A stretch of DNA of 64,000 nucleotides from an uncultured Spirochaetota bacterium (GTDB lineage Bacteria; Spirochaetota; Spirochaetia; SZUA-6; CAVTHK01), in NCBI GenBank assembly GCA_963734495.1, contig CAVTHK010000011.1, positions 512,001 to 576,000 of the forward strand, given 5' to 3'. The position numbers and the translations under genes were made by a program. Below the pieces are notes generated by a model. The model saw only the letters and a list, made by a program, of their open reading frames with translations, was not told the DNA's origin and searched no databases. Below are positions 1-9,423 of the stretch, piece by piece. Each line of letters begins with the position of its first letter. The first letter of the stretch is position 1.

Positions 1-618
1 GATGCCGGCGTCGTGCGTCGAGAAGACGAAGGAAACGCCGCGCTTCCTGTTCATCTCGGCGATGGCCTCGAGCACGCCGCGTCCCGTCTCGGAGTCGAGG
101 TTCGCCGTGGGCTCGTCGGCGATGACGAGGTCCGGGTCGTTGGCCAGGGCGCGGGCGATGGCCACCCGCTGCCTCTGTCCGCCGGAGAGCTCGTCGGGTC
201 TGTGGCGCGCGAACTCCTCGAGCCCCACCAGGTCGACGAGCGCGTCGACGCGCGCGCGGCGCTCCGCGGGCGTCAGTCGCGTCAGTAACATAGGGAGCTC
301 GACGTTCTCGGCGGCGTCGAGGACCGGGACGAGGTTGAAGGTCTGGAAGATGAACCCGATGCGCCGGAGGCGCAGCGCCGTGCGGCCGTCGTCGGACAGC
401 TCGGCGACGTCTGCGCCCTCGAAGAGCACGCGGCCCGAGGTCGGCTCGTCGAGACACCCGGCGAGGTTCAGCATCGTGGTCTTGCCGCACCCCGAAGGCC
501 CGACCACGGCCACGATCTCGCCGCGTTCGACCGCGAGGCTCACCCCGCGCACCGCGTGAATCACCGCGCTGCCCAGCCGGTAGTCTTTGGTCACGTTCTC
601 GAGCTCGAGGATCGCCAC
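1..618 (-). CDS. ABC transporter ATP-binding protein, LolD/MacB-ATPase type (runs off window start)
   Basis: Not in the ORF track. Reverse strand reads VAILELENVTKDYRLG...GPSGCGKTT (Walker A)...IGFIFQTFNL...[17 protein letters not shown]...ADEPTANLDS. GTG start at 616-618. Confidence 0.9.
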   Translation of the reverse strand, partial: MAILELENVTKDYRLGSAVIHAVRGVSLAVERGEIVAVVGPSGCGKTTMLNLAGCLDEPTSGRVLFEGADVAELSDDGRTALRLRRIGFIFQTFNLVPVLDAAENVELPMLLTRLTPAERRARVDALVDLVGLEEFARHRPDELSGGQRQRVAIARALANDPDLVIADEPTANLDSETGRGVLEAIAEMNRKRGVSFVFSTHDAGI

Positions 619-626
619 ACGCCCCC

Positions 627-1760
627 CTAGAAATGGACCAGCAGCGAGATCTCCCCCGCCGCGCGCGCCGGCGCCGAGCCGAATGCCGTGGTGCGCTGGC
701 CGGCGGTCCACGTGCCCATGAGGCGCAGCTCGTCCTGGGGACCAAGGCCAAAGGTGAGCGCGTGGCGGGCGAGGACGCTGCCGTCGTCGAGCGAAACGAA
801 CAGCGTATTCTCCAGGCTCGCGGCGTCGCCTTTCGCGACGGCGAGGGCGGGGGCGATCAATGCGGCGTTCGGAAACCCGGGCGCGAAGCGCCGCGAGTCC
901 TGCTGGTACCACTCGAGCGCGGCCGTCACGGTGAGGCCGCCAATGGAGAACATGCGCAGCAGGTGCGCCGTGGCCGCGAGGGCCGGGCCGTCGGCGAGGT
1001 CCGCCGCCGCCTCGGCCGCCAGGACCGTGCCCGCCACCTCCGCGGACGCGTGCACGCCAAGCCTGGTCGTCTCATCCGGCTGGTAGACGGCGGACACGCC
1101 GCCGGCGAAGGTGCCGACGAGCGTGGCGACGCGCGCGGCCGCGCGCAGGCCGCGCGCCCAGTCGGGGTCCTGCGAGAGCGCGCGGTCGACGCTGAGCGCC
1201 GCCTGCGCGGTGGCTTTCGAGCTCCATGTGACCGCGAGTCCGTCGAAGCCGGTCTCCTCGGGTCTGAACACGCCTGAGGCCCCCTGCGACACCGGGTTCA
1301 GCGCATCGGCGGGATGGAACGAGAGCCCCGAGCCCCAGGGGAGAAACACGCGGCCGGCCGCGACGTCCAGGCCGGCGGTCCGCCCGACCTGAGGCTCCAG
1401 GCGGATGAAAGCCTCGTACAGCGCGTACGTGACCGCATCGGCGACCGTGTCGCTGTAGATCGGCTCCACGCGGAGGTCGTGCCGCACGACGACGCTCCCG
1501 CCGTCGAAGGCCAGGGTGTGACGCGCGTACGTCTCGGCGGACCAGTGGAGCCCGGACGCTCGCGGGGCGGCCGGGTCGTCCGTGGTGTCGACCTCGCCCG
1601 CGATCTTCGCGTACCCGAGGGTCGAAAGCGCCTGCGCCCGCGCGGCAGGGCCGCAGGGCAGGGCGAGGAGCACAAGGGCCAGCGCCGCCGCGGGCTCAGC
1701 GCGTGAGCGCCGCGAGCGTGAACAGGCTGTCTGCGAGGTCGGTGCGCGCCTCCATCTCAT
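627..1760 (-). CDS. Putative secreted / outer-membrane beta-strand protein (true start probably later than the ORF start)
   Basis: Signal-like ALALVLLALPCGPAARAQ, a GRVFLPWGSGLSFHPADALNP motif and a C-terminal Phe. Lies between a LolA-like gene and an ABC ATPase. Confidence 0.6.
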   Translation of the reverse strand: MRWRRAPTSQTACSRSRRSRAEPAAALALVLLALPCGPAARAQALSTLGYAKIAGEVDTTDDPAAPRASGLHWSAETYARHTLAFDGGSVVVRHDLRVEPIYSDTVADAVTYALYEAFIRLEPQVGRTAGLDVAAGRVFLPWGSGLSFHPADALNPVSQGASGVFRPEETGFDGLAVTWSSKATAQAALSVDRALSQDPDWARGLRAAARVATLVGTFAGGVSAVYQPDETTRLGVHASAEVAGTVLAAEAAADLADGPALAATAHLLRMFSIGGLTVTAALEWYQQDSRRFAPGFPNAALIAPALAVAKGDAASLENTLFVSLDDGSVLARHALTFGLGPQDELRLMGTWTAGQRTTAFGSAPARAAGEISLLVHF

Positions 1761-2469
1761 CGATCGTCACCTCCGTGCGGGCGCCCTCCTGCTCGAGGCT
1801 CTCCATCACCATCTTCGTGGGACGCAGGGCGCCCGCTCGCTCGCGGTATCCGGCGAAGGTCAGGCGCTTGAGCAGCAGCCCGGACCTCGCGTAGTAGGCG
1901 ATCGAAAGGGGCCGGAAGCCGTCGGCCGTCACGCGGATCTCGAGGCGGCCGTAGGGCGACGAGGGGCGTTTCGCCTCGCAGGAGAGGATCAGCGCTTCGA
2001 CCGCGCCCAGGTCGGGATGCGAGACCCGCTCGCGGCCCGTGATGGCCGCGCGGTAGTCGTCGGTGTAGCGGGGATTGCTCGCGTCGGAGTTGGAAAAGAG
2101 ACTCCCCTGGAACGCATCACGCTCCGGAAGCCTCAGCGGCCGCTCCGAGCCCGAGCGCGGGTTGTACATCCACAGGACGCCCGCGCGCTGGAGGAAGCGC
2201 ATGCCGCGCGTCCGGGCCGGATCGAGCACCTCGACGAGCGAGCCCGAGCCTTCCTTGTACCGCTCCTGCATCACCATCTGGCGCGGGGTGGACCCCGGGA
2301 TCTCGGTGGTCATGGTCACGCGCGCCGTGTATTCGGTCGGGAACGCGGTGGTCTCCATTCGCCGGAGGATCGCGTCGGGATCAGGCTCCGACTGGGCGAA
2401 GACCGGCGGCGCGAGCACGAGGGCACAGGCGGCGAGGATCGAGAAACGCACCGGCATGCCAGCCTTCAA
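1696..2469 (-). CDS. Outer membrane lipoprotein-sorting protein (LolA-like)
   Basis: Signal peptide, then ARTRGMRFL...LWMYNP...FQGSLFSNSD...IAYYARSGLLLKRL...DSLFTLAAL, typical of the family. Confidence 0.8.
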   Translation of the reverse strand: MKAGMPVRFSILAACALVLAPPVFAQSEPDPDAILRRMETTAFPTEYTARVTMTTEIPGSTPRQMVMQERYKEGSGSLVEVLDPARTRGMRFLQRAGVLWMYNPRSGSERPLRLPERDAFQGSLFSNSDASNPRYTDDYRAAITGRERVSHPDLGAVEALILSCEAKRPSSPYGRLEIRVTADGFRPLSIAYYARSGLLLKRLTFAGYRERAGALRPTKMVMESLEQEGARTEVTIDEMEARTDLADSLFTLAALTR

Positions 2470-2478
2470 TTTGCCTCC

Positions 2479-3387
2479 TCAGTGCCCGAAGTCGGGAAAC
2501 CCGTGCTGCCGGCGATGAGGCGCGCTGTCGAACTGCTGCGTGGTCTTGAACCACTCGTAACGCCCGTCGCCGGCCACCGCGCGCGTCCGCGCGACCAGGG
2601 CCTCGATCTCGACGTCGCTCATGGGCCGGAACTCGCTCGCGATCTTCACGTTCTGGTCGACGTCGGCGGTCGACTCCATCCCGCAGACGAGGGTCGCGAT
2701 CGGCTGCGACAGGGCGAAGCGGAGGCAGTCTTCGACGGGGATGCCCGCGCGGAGCACGAGCTGCCCCTGCCCGCCGAGGCTCTTCATGCCGATCACGGCC
2801 ATGCGCTTCTCGACGGCGCGGGGAATCACGCCCTTGATGAAGCTGCGGAAGCTCACGTCGAGCACGTTGACGGGCATCTGCACGGATGACCAGGGAAAGT
2901 CGTGCTCGAGCATCGCGAGCAGGAACTGCGGGTCCTTGTGCCCGGTGAAGCCCACGTAGCGCACCTTGCCGGCCGCGAGCGCGGACCGCGCGGTTTCGGC
3001 GGCGCCGCCTTCGGCAAAGATCCACTCGGCATCGTTGCCGTAGTTGATCTCGTGGAACTGCCAGAGGTCGATGCGGTCGGTGCGCAGCCGTCGCAGGCTG
3101 TCGTTCAGGTCGCGCTCCGCGCCGACCCGGTCGCGGGCGCACACCTTGGTCATCAGGAAGACCTGGTCGCGTCGCCCCTGCAGGGCTTCGCCCATGATCG
3201 ATTCCGAGCGCCCTTCGTTGTACTCCCAGGCGTTGTCCATGAACGTGATGCCGCGGTCGACGGCGTACTGGACCAGGCGCACGGCCTCGCGCGTCGAGAG
3301 GCGCGGGTTGCCGATGTGGCCTCCGCCGACGCCGAGGACCGATACGTGCTCGCCGGTCGAGCCGAAGGGCCGAGTCATGACGCTCAT
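2479..3387 (-). CDS. Aldo/keto reductase
   Basis: GITFMDNAWEY, VFLMTK, SLRRLRTDRIDLWQFH, GKVRYVGFTGH. ATG at 3385-3387 with upstream GGAGG. Confidence 0.9.
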   Translation of the reverse strand: MSVMTRPFGSTGEHVSVLGVGGGHIGNPRLSTREAVRLVQYAVDRGITFMDNAWEYNEGRSESIMGEALQGRRDQVFLMTKVCARDRVGAERDLNDSLRRLRTDRIDLWQFHEINYGNDAEWIFAEGGAAETARSALAAGKVRYVGFTGHKDPQFLLAMLEHDFPWSSVQMPVNVLDVSFRSFIKGVIPRAVEKRMAVIGMKSLGGQGQLVLRAGIPVEDCLRFALSQPIATLVCGMESTADVDQNVKIASEFRPMSDVEIEALVARTRAVAGDGRYEWFKTTQQFDSAPHRRQHGFPDFGH

Positions 3388-3484
3388 GGCGCGCACCTCC
3401 CGATGAGTGCGCTTCGAAAGTACCAAACGCGAGCGGCCGCGGCCACCCGAGGGCTCCGCGGGCCGCGCCGCCCTACCAAGAAAC

Positions 3485-4676
3485 TCAGTCGAAGAAGTCC
3501 TCGTCGCCGGCGGGCAGGTAGGGGCGGGCGGCATCGGCGTTGAGCGTCACCCCGAGCCCGGGCCGGTCCCACACGTCGATAAAGCCGTCCCTGACGATCG
3601 GGCGGGGGAGCCCTTCCACGATGTCGTACCACCACGAGGGCTCGCCGACGGGATACTCGAACGCGATGTAGTTGTCCGGCAGCGTCGCCGACACCTGCAC
3701 CAGCGCCGCCAGGCCGAGAAGGCCGTCGCCGGTGCCGTGAGGGGCGATGAGCACGCCGTGGAGGTCCGCGTACTCGGCCACCCATTTGAGCTCGGCGATG
3801 CCGCCCACGTCGCAGGGGTCGGGGCCGACGACGTTGACCGCCTTCTTCTCGAAGAGCTCCCTGAAGTTCTGCCGCAGGTAGATCTGCTCGCCGGTGTGGA
3901 TCGGGGTCGACGTGCTGCGGGTGACCTCGCGCAGCACGTCGGCCATGACGTACGGCGTGTAGTCGCCGGTGACGAGGTCCTCGAGCCACATCAGGTTCAT
4001 CGGCTCGAGCGCCCGCGCGAGCCTGATCGCGTCCGGGACCGTGAACCCGGGGCCGCAGTCGAGCGCGAGCCCGACCTCGTCGCCGAGCACGGCCTTCATC
4101 GCCTCGACGCAGGCGATGATGTGCTTGAGCCCGCGCTCCGTGAGCGGACCGCGGTTGGGGTGCCTGCCTCCCGTGCGCACTTCGCCATAGAAGAAGCCGG
4201 GCACCTCGGCCGCCATGCTCGCCGTGGAAGGCGACCCCCTGCTTGATGATGCTGAACCCCTCGGGAGCCTTCTTCATCCAGGCCGTGTTCTCCGCGTAGT
4301 CCTCGGGGGTGTGCGCAGTGAGCGGCCTGCGGACGGCGCCGTCGTACACGCGCACCCGGTCACGCACCTTGCCGCCGAGGAGCTTGTGCACCGGAACGCC
4401 CGCCGCCTTGCCTGCGATGTCCCATAGCGCCATCTCGATGGCGCTCACGGCGCTGCCCCAGGGCTTGTTCCCGCCGAGGCGCCGGAACCTGAGCATGACG
4501 CGCTCGACGTCGGTAGGGTCCTGGCCCAGGATCTGCTCCCGGAAGAACAGGACGTGCGGCTTGTGGTGCGGCTTGTACGACTCGAGCTCCGCGTAGCCGC
4601 TGATCCCTTCGTCCGTGACCACGCGAAGCACCGGGTTGCGCCCGAGGACCGTGCACTTGAGGTCTGTAATTCTCAT
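3485..4676 (-). CDS. Mandelate racemase / muconate lactonising enzyme family (enolase superfamily); one frameshift near 4220
   Basis: N-part has SAIEMALWDIAGKAAGVPVHKLLGG. C-part (3485..4216) has ALDCG, WLED, PIHTGE, IAPH. The halves join with one extra base after ...AFHG. Confidence 0.85.
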
Positions 4677-4802
4677 TATTCCGCTCCTGAACTACGCCGA
4701 AGAGAAAACTAAAAGCGTCTCGGACTGCACGCAGTCCGTGGTTCACGCAGCCCCGCAGGGTCCGGCCGGGGCGAGTTGTGCCTGTCCCGTGGAGACAAGA
4801 TG

Positions 4803-4831
4803 TTGATTTTATGGACAATCTCCAATACAAT
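4803..4831 (+). promoter_or_regulatory. Sigma70-type promoter TTGATT-N17-TACAAT
   Basis: Near-consensus hexamers 17 bp apart in an AT-rich patch, 11 nt before the ATG at 4843. Confidence 0.65.
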
Positions 4832-4842
4832 CAAAACCTGAA

Positions 4843-7068
4843 ATGACCGCTCGAGGCAAGGCCCGCATCCTGATGGCCTCATCGGTGCTCCTGCTGGTCG
4901 CCAGCGGCGGTTATGCCTATCTCTCGGCGCAAAAAGTGGCCCGACTGCGCGAACTCCAGGCAGCCACCCAGGCGGCCCTTCAGGAAGCGTACCGCCTGAT
5001 GGTGCAGAGCAACATCGTGCTCCATAGCCGCGAGTCCATAGTGCGCCCCTTCCAGGACTGGAAGACGTCTCTGCGGCGCAACGCCGACAACCTCCAGGCC
5101 CTTGCCGTGCAGCCGGGCCTGAAGCTCCTGTCGCCGGAGCTTTCCGACCGGGCCGCGCAGGTGCTGCGCGTCTGGAAGGCGATGGAGACGTCGAACTTCA
5201 AGCCCGTGGAGCAGAGCCTGACCCAGGTGCTCGACAGCGCCGCCAGCGAGCTCGGCGCCCAGGGCGTGAGCGCGGGGCGGGAGATCGCGCTCGCCGACGA
5301 GAAGCTGCTCGTCACCTACTACCTGCCGATGGCCACCGCCGAAAAGGGGCTCACGACGGGCATCGACGCGCTCGGCCCGTTCGTGACCAACGTCCTCGAC
5401 TCTCTGGGCCAGCAGATCGGCAGGCAGACCGACGTCGCGCTTCTGCAGACCACGCGCGTCACGGCGGCGGCGATCGTCGTGCTCGTCGTGTCGGTCGTCG
5501 CCGCGCTCCTGTACAGCATCACCTTCCTCGACCAGGCCAACCGCAGCCTCGAGGACACCGTGCGCCGCAGGACGCGGGCCATCCAGAGCCTTCTCGACTT
5601 CTCCGGCAGGGGCTTCCTTTCGTTCGGGCCCGACTTCGTCATCAGGCCGGAGCACTCGCGCGATTGCGAAGCGATCCTCGGCCCGGACCTCACCGGCAAG
5701 CGGCTCCCCGATCTTCTCTACGCCGAGGGCACGGCCCACGGCGATTTCGTCAAGGCCCTGGAGCTCGTCTTTTCCGGCAAGTCGCGGCCCGATGTCGTCT
5801 TCGAGCTCATTGATAATGAAGTCAGGGTCGGCGACCGCCTGGTGCAGCTCGACTTCCGCGTCATCGACGCCGAGACGCTGATGTGCTCCCTCGAGGACGT
5901 CACGGAGCGCAAGAGGCTCGAGGCGCACGTCGCCGAGCAGCAGGAGCTGCGCGAGATGGTGCTCAGGATCGCCATGAACCGCAGGCCGTTCATCAGCCTG
6001 ACGCGGGAGGCGGAGGAAGTCTTCCAGACCGTGTACGCGCTTGCCCTGAACGGCAGTCCCGCAGAGCCGGGCAGGGGCCCCGCGCCGGCGCTCAGCCAGG
6101 GCGCCGCGCACGCGTCGGGAGGCAACGGCGACGGCGCCGTGGCGACGGCCCGGGCCGGGTCCGTCGACGGCAGCACGGCGCTGCAGGCCCTGCACACGTT
6201 CAAGGCCAATGCGGCCTTCCTGCGGATGAAGCGCACGGCCGGAGAGGCCCACGCGCTGGAGCAGAACCTCCAGGACCGGATGCTCGTCGAGGACGCGCCC
6301 GACCCGAGAGTGGGTCTCGAGTCGCTCATCAGGGCCTACCGGGCCGAGATCGACATCGTGCGCGAGCACCTCGGACAGGACTGGATCCGGGAGCCGGACA
6401 CGATCACGGTCCGCAGACAGCAGCTCCTGGCCGTGGAGCGGCTGGCGCGCACCGCGCACCCCGATGACCTGGGGCTGCAGACCGCGATCGAGGCGGCCCG
6501 CATGCTTCCCGTCGGCGAGCTGCTGGAGCGCTACAACGAGACGGTCCAGAACCTGGCCAGCTCGCGCGCCAAGCGGATCAAGCCGATCACGATCGTGGGC
6601 GGCGAGACCCTGATCCTTCCGGAGCACTTTGACCGGATCGCGGGTTCCATCGTCCACCTGCTGCGCAACATCGTCGATCACGGCATCGAGAGGCCGGGCG
6701 AGCGCACGGCGGCGGGAAAGGACCCTGAGGGCAGGATCACGATCGCGACAAAGGCGACCGGCGCGGGCATCGAGATCTCGCTGTCCGACGACGGGCGGGG
6801 GATCCCGTTCGAGGCCGTCCAGGCCAAGGCGAGGCTGCTGGGCATCGTCGCGCCGAGCGCCGTCCTCGGCCAGCGAGAGCTGATCCAGATCATATTCCGG
6901 CCGGGGTTCTCCACATCGGAGACGGTCTCCGCGGTCTCGGGCCGGGGCGTCGGCCTGACGGCGGTGAGGGAGACGGTCCGCGAGCTCGGCGGCCGCATCG
7001 GGGTGTCGACCCGCAAGGGGCAGGGGACCACCTTCACTCTATCGATCCCGTTCAAGGTGATGGCATAG
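4843..7068 (+). CDS. Membrane-anchored CheA-like histidine kinase (TM-periplasmic-TM-PAS-Hpt-HATPase, no CheW domain)
   Basis: Two hydrophobic helices, PAS-like segment, Hpt LHTFKANA, CheA-type HLLRNIVDHGIE...DDGRGI...GFST...SGRGVGL. Ends right after the G2 box. Confidence 0.85.
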   Translation: MTARGKARILMASSVLLLVASGGYAYLSAQKVARLRELQAATQAALQEAYRLMVQSNIVLHSRESIVRPFQDWKTSLRRNADNLQALAVQPGLKLLSPELSDRAAQVLRVWKAMETSNFKPVEQSLTQVLDSAASELGAQGVSAGREIALADEKLLVTYYLPMATAEKGLTTGIDALGPFVTNVLDSLGQQIGRQTDVALLQTTRVTAAAIVVLVVSVVAALLYSITFLDQANRSLEDTVRRRTRAIQSLLDFSGRGFLSFGPDFVIRPEHSRDCEAILGPDLTGKRLPDLLYAEGTAHGDFVKALELVFSGKSRPDVVFELIDNEVRVGDRLVQLDFRVIDAETLMCSLEDVTERKRLEAHVAEQQELREMVLRIAMNRRPFISLTREAEEVFQTVYALALNGSPAEPGRGPAPALSQGAAHASGGNGDGAVATARAGSVDGSTALQALHTFKANAAFLRMKRTAGEAHALEQNLQDRMLVEDAPDPRVGLESLIRAYRAEIDIVREHLGQDWIREPDTITVRRQQLLAVERLARTAHPDDLGLQTAIEAARMLPVGELLERYNETVQNLASSRAKRIKPITIVGGETLILPEHFDRIAGSIVHLLRNIVDHGIERPGERTAAGKDPEGRITIATKATGAGIEISLSDDGRGIPFEAVQAKARLLGIVAPSAVLGQRELIQIIFRPGFSTSETVSAVSGRGVGLTAVRETVRELGGRIGVSTRKGQGTTFTLSIPFKVMA

Positions 7069-7069
7069 G

Positions 7070-7540
7070 ATGAAAGCCGAATACGCGAACATCTTTGTCA
7101 GGGCGGCCATTCTCGTGTTCCAGAAGGAGCTCAGGATCCACCTGAGCCGGCAGAGCCTGCAGCGCAAGAGCGCGCCGATCCCCAGCCTGCCGGTGGCGAT
7201 CGTGCTGGGCGTCACGGGATCGACCCGGGGCCAGGTGGTGTACTCCGTCGACGCCGCCTTTGCCCAGGAGATCGCCCACGCGATGATCCCCAACAAGCTG
7301 CCCATGGAGCTCAAGCGCCTCATCAACAGCGCGGTCGGCGAGATCGGCAACATGATCACGGGCCAGGCCAGCATCGCGCTGGCGGGCGAGGACAGGATGA
7401 TCCACCTCACGCCGCCCGTGGTCATCACAGGGAGCAATCTCAGCGTCGATTTCCTGCAGGTCCCGACGATCTGCCTCAGGATGCTTTCCGAGCTGGGCGT
7501 GCTGGAGATCAACATCGCATTCGAGGACACGGGGGAATAG
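7070..7540 (+). CDS. cheX: Chemotaxis phosphatase CheX
   Basis: MKAEYANIFV..., LGVTGSTRGQVVY, SAVGEIGNMITG (ExxN), TPPVVITG. Confidence 0.85.
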   Translation: MKAEYANIFVRAAILVFQKELRIHLSRQSLQRKSAPIPSLPVAIVLGVTGSTRGQVVYSVDAAFAQEIAHAMIPNKLPMELKRLINSAVGEIGNMITGQASIALAGEDRMIHLTPPVVITGSNLSVDFLQVPTICLRMLSELGVLEINIAFEDTGE

Positions 7541-7543
7541 GCG

Positions 7544-7915
7544 GTGCGCAGCAGGGGGCTCATAGTGGACGACGCCGCCATCATGCGGCTGCGTCTTCGC
7601 GACATCCTCGAGGCCACCTGCGAAATCGTCGGTGAGGCGTGCGACGGCGAAGAGGCCCTGCAGCTTTACGAGAGCCTCAAGCCCGACTTTGTCACGCTCG
7701 ACATATCGATGCCGAGGACCAACGGCATGGACGCCCTCAAGAGGCTGATCGCGCTGCACCCCGACGCGAGGGTCGTGATCGTAAGCGCCGTCGGCCAGAA
7801 GAAGATGGTCCTCGAGGCGCTCTCGCTCGGGGCGGCTGATTTCGTGATCAAGCCCTTCGAGCCCGAGCGGGTCCTCAAGGCCATCGGCCGGCTGGTGATC
7901 AACCGCAGCCGCTAG
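7544..7915 (+). CDS. cheY: CheY-like single-domain response regulator
   Basis: IVDD, PDFVTLDISMP, VSA, FVIKPF. Confidence 0.88.
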   Translation: MRSRGLIVDDAAIMRLRLRDILEATCEIVGEACDGEEALQLYESLKPDFVTLDISMPRTNGMDALKRLIALHPDARVVIVSAVGQKKMVLEALSLGAADFVIKPFEPERVLKAIGRLVINRSR

Positions 7916-7958
7916 GAGCCGCCGCGCCCGAGCGTGCCCGGGTCGCGGCAAGGGCAGA

Positions 7959-9395
7959 CTACTTCTTCTTCTTTTTTTTGCCCTCTTCCTTCTCGTCGCC
8001 CTCGTCGAACACGATCGTAGCGCCCGCGACGTTGATCACGTCGCCGGGCTCCAGAACGCGCTTGCGCACGCTTTGGTTGTTCACCGTGATGTCGCCTGAG
8101 CCGACGATCGTGTAGCTCCCCTTTTTCGGGTCGAGGAGGATCGTAGCGTGCTCCTCCTTGACTTCGGGATTGCCGGCAATCGTCAGGTTCGCGGTGGCTC
8201 CGCCGATGACGGTCTTGGAGCCGGTGATCGGCAGCACGCGGGTCTGCGCGCGGCCGACCCGCGTGGTGAGCACCTCGAGCGTGGCGGGGCCCCGCTTGCG
8301 CTCGAACTTCAGGCGCGAGAGCACCCAGTACAGAGCGGCGGCGGCGACGAGCGCCAGGAGCAGCAGCGGCGACCAGCGCGTCATCGGGAGGCCGAACACC
8401 GTGCTGGAGAAGTAGAAGCGTGTGGCGGCGACCGGGCCCCCCGCGCCGGCGAGGCTCACGCGGACGAAGGTCTTTTCCGCGGGCGCCATGGCCGCGCGGT
8501 AGCCGAGCAGGTACTCCCCGGAGACCTGCGTGTGGATGCGGCGGTAGATCCCCTGCAGCTCCTCGCGGTTGCCCGCGTCGAAGATCGCTCCGCCGCTTTC
8601 CACCGCTATGCGCTGCAGGTTGCGGTCCTTTTCCGCGCCAAAGTTGATCGCGTAGATCGAGACCCCTTCCTCCTGGCAGGCGCGGATCGCGTCGTCGGGG
8701 GCATAGATCCGCGTGCCGAGCTCGGGGTTCGGACGGCCCGCGTGCTGCGCGAACGGGAAGTTCTCGCCGTCGGAGAGGACGACGATCGCCTTGCGGCCGC
8801 CGAAGGTGTTGAACTCGCCGGCGGCGCGGGCCAGGCTTGCGTACAGCTCGGTGTAGGCCTGATCGGTCGCGGGCCTCGCGATGGTGTCCACCAGCGAGGA
8901 GACGCGGGCCTTGTCGCGCTGCGGCGGCGCGAGCGTCGCGTACAGCGTGTTGTAGGCCACCAGGCCGACGGTGTCGGCGGGGTGCGTCATGCCCGACAGG
9001 AAGGCCCGCACGGCCTCCTTGGCCGCGGTGATGCGCATCAGCGCCGGGTCCGTGGTGGGCCTGCCCGCGATCGTGTCGTACATCGAGCCGGAGTTGTCGA
9101 TCAGCAGCAGGAAGCTGATCCCCTCGGCCCCGGCCGCGGCCGGCCGGAACTCCGTCACGGGCGCGGGGTCGAAACGCACGCCGTCGGCCGACTGCGAGAC
9201 GCGGAAGCTGTCCGGCGAAAGCGCCTCCACGGGCCTGCCCTCGGCGTCCGTCACGCTCACGTACAGGCGCACGGTCTGCGTCAGCAGCAGGTGCGAAGAG
9301 TCGATCTGCGAGAGCCGGACGTTCTGCCCGAACGCGGCGGGCGCGGCGAGAGCAAGCGCGAGCGCCGCGGCGACTGCGCCTTTGAGCCTTGTCAT
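7959..9395 (-). CDS. Signal peptide-vWA domain-TM-FHA-like protein
   Basis: MIDAS DNSGSM and VLSDGEN, TM helix LLLLALVAAAALYWVL, C-terminal FHA-like fold (TVIGG...EEHATI...LEPGDVINVAG), poly-Lys tail. Confidence 0.8.
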   Translation of the reverse strand: MTRLKGAVAAALALALAAPAAFGQNVRLSQIDSSHLLLTQTVRLYVSVTDAEGRPVEALSPDSFRVSQSADGVRFDPAPVTEFRPAAAGAEGISFLLLIDNSGSMYDTIAGRPTTDPALMRITAAKEAVRAFLSGMTHPADTVGLVAYNTLYATLAPPQRDKARVSSLVDTIARPATDQAYTELYASLARAAGEFNTFGGRKAIVVLSDGENFPFAQHAGRPNPELGTRIYAPDDAIRACQEEGVSIYAINFGAEKDRNLQRIAVESGGAIFDAGNREELQGIYRRIHTQVSGEYLLGYRAAMAPAEKTFVRVSLAGAGGPVAATRFYFSSTVFGLPMTRWSPLLLLALVAAAALYWVLSRLKFERKRGPATLEVLTTRVGRAQTRVLPITGSKTVIGGATANLTIAGNPEVKEEHATILLDPKKGSYTIVGSGDITVNNQSVRKRVLEPGDVINVAGATIVFDEGDEKEEGKKKKKK

Positions 9396-9423
9396 GTTCC
9401 CTCCAAATCTCCGCTCGCGGCCG

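Noticed and set aside
4215-4240. Programmed frameshifting at the single-indel sites
   Set aside because: No slippery heptamers were noticed, and the indels are scattered across unrelated genes, which fits sequencing error.
7960-7995. T-rich tract as terminator or phase-variable repeat
   Set aside because: It is explained by the Lys/Glu codons ending the vWA-FHA gene on the minus strand.
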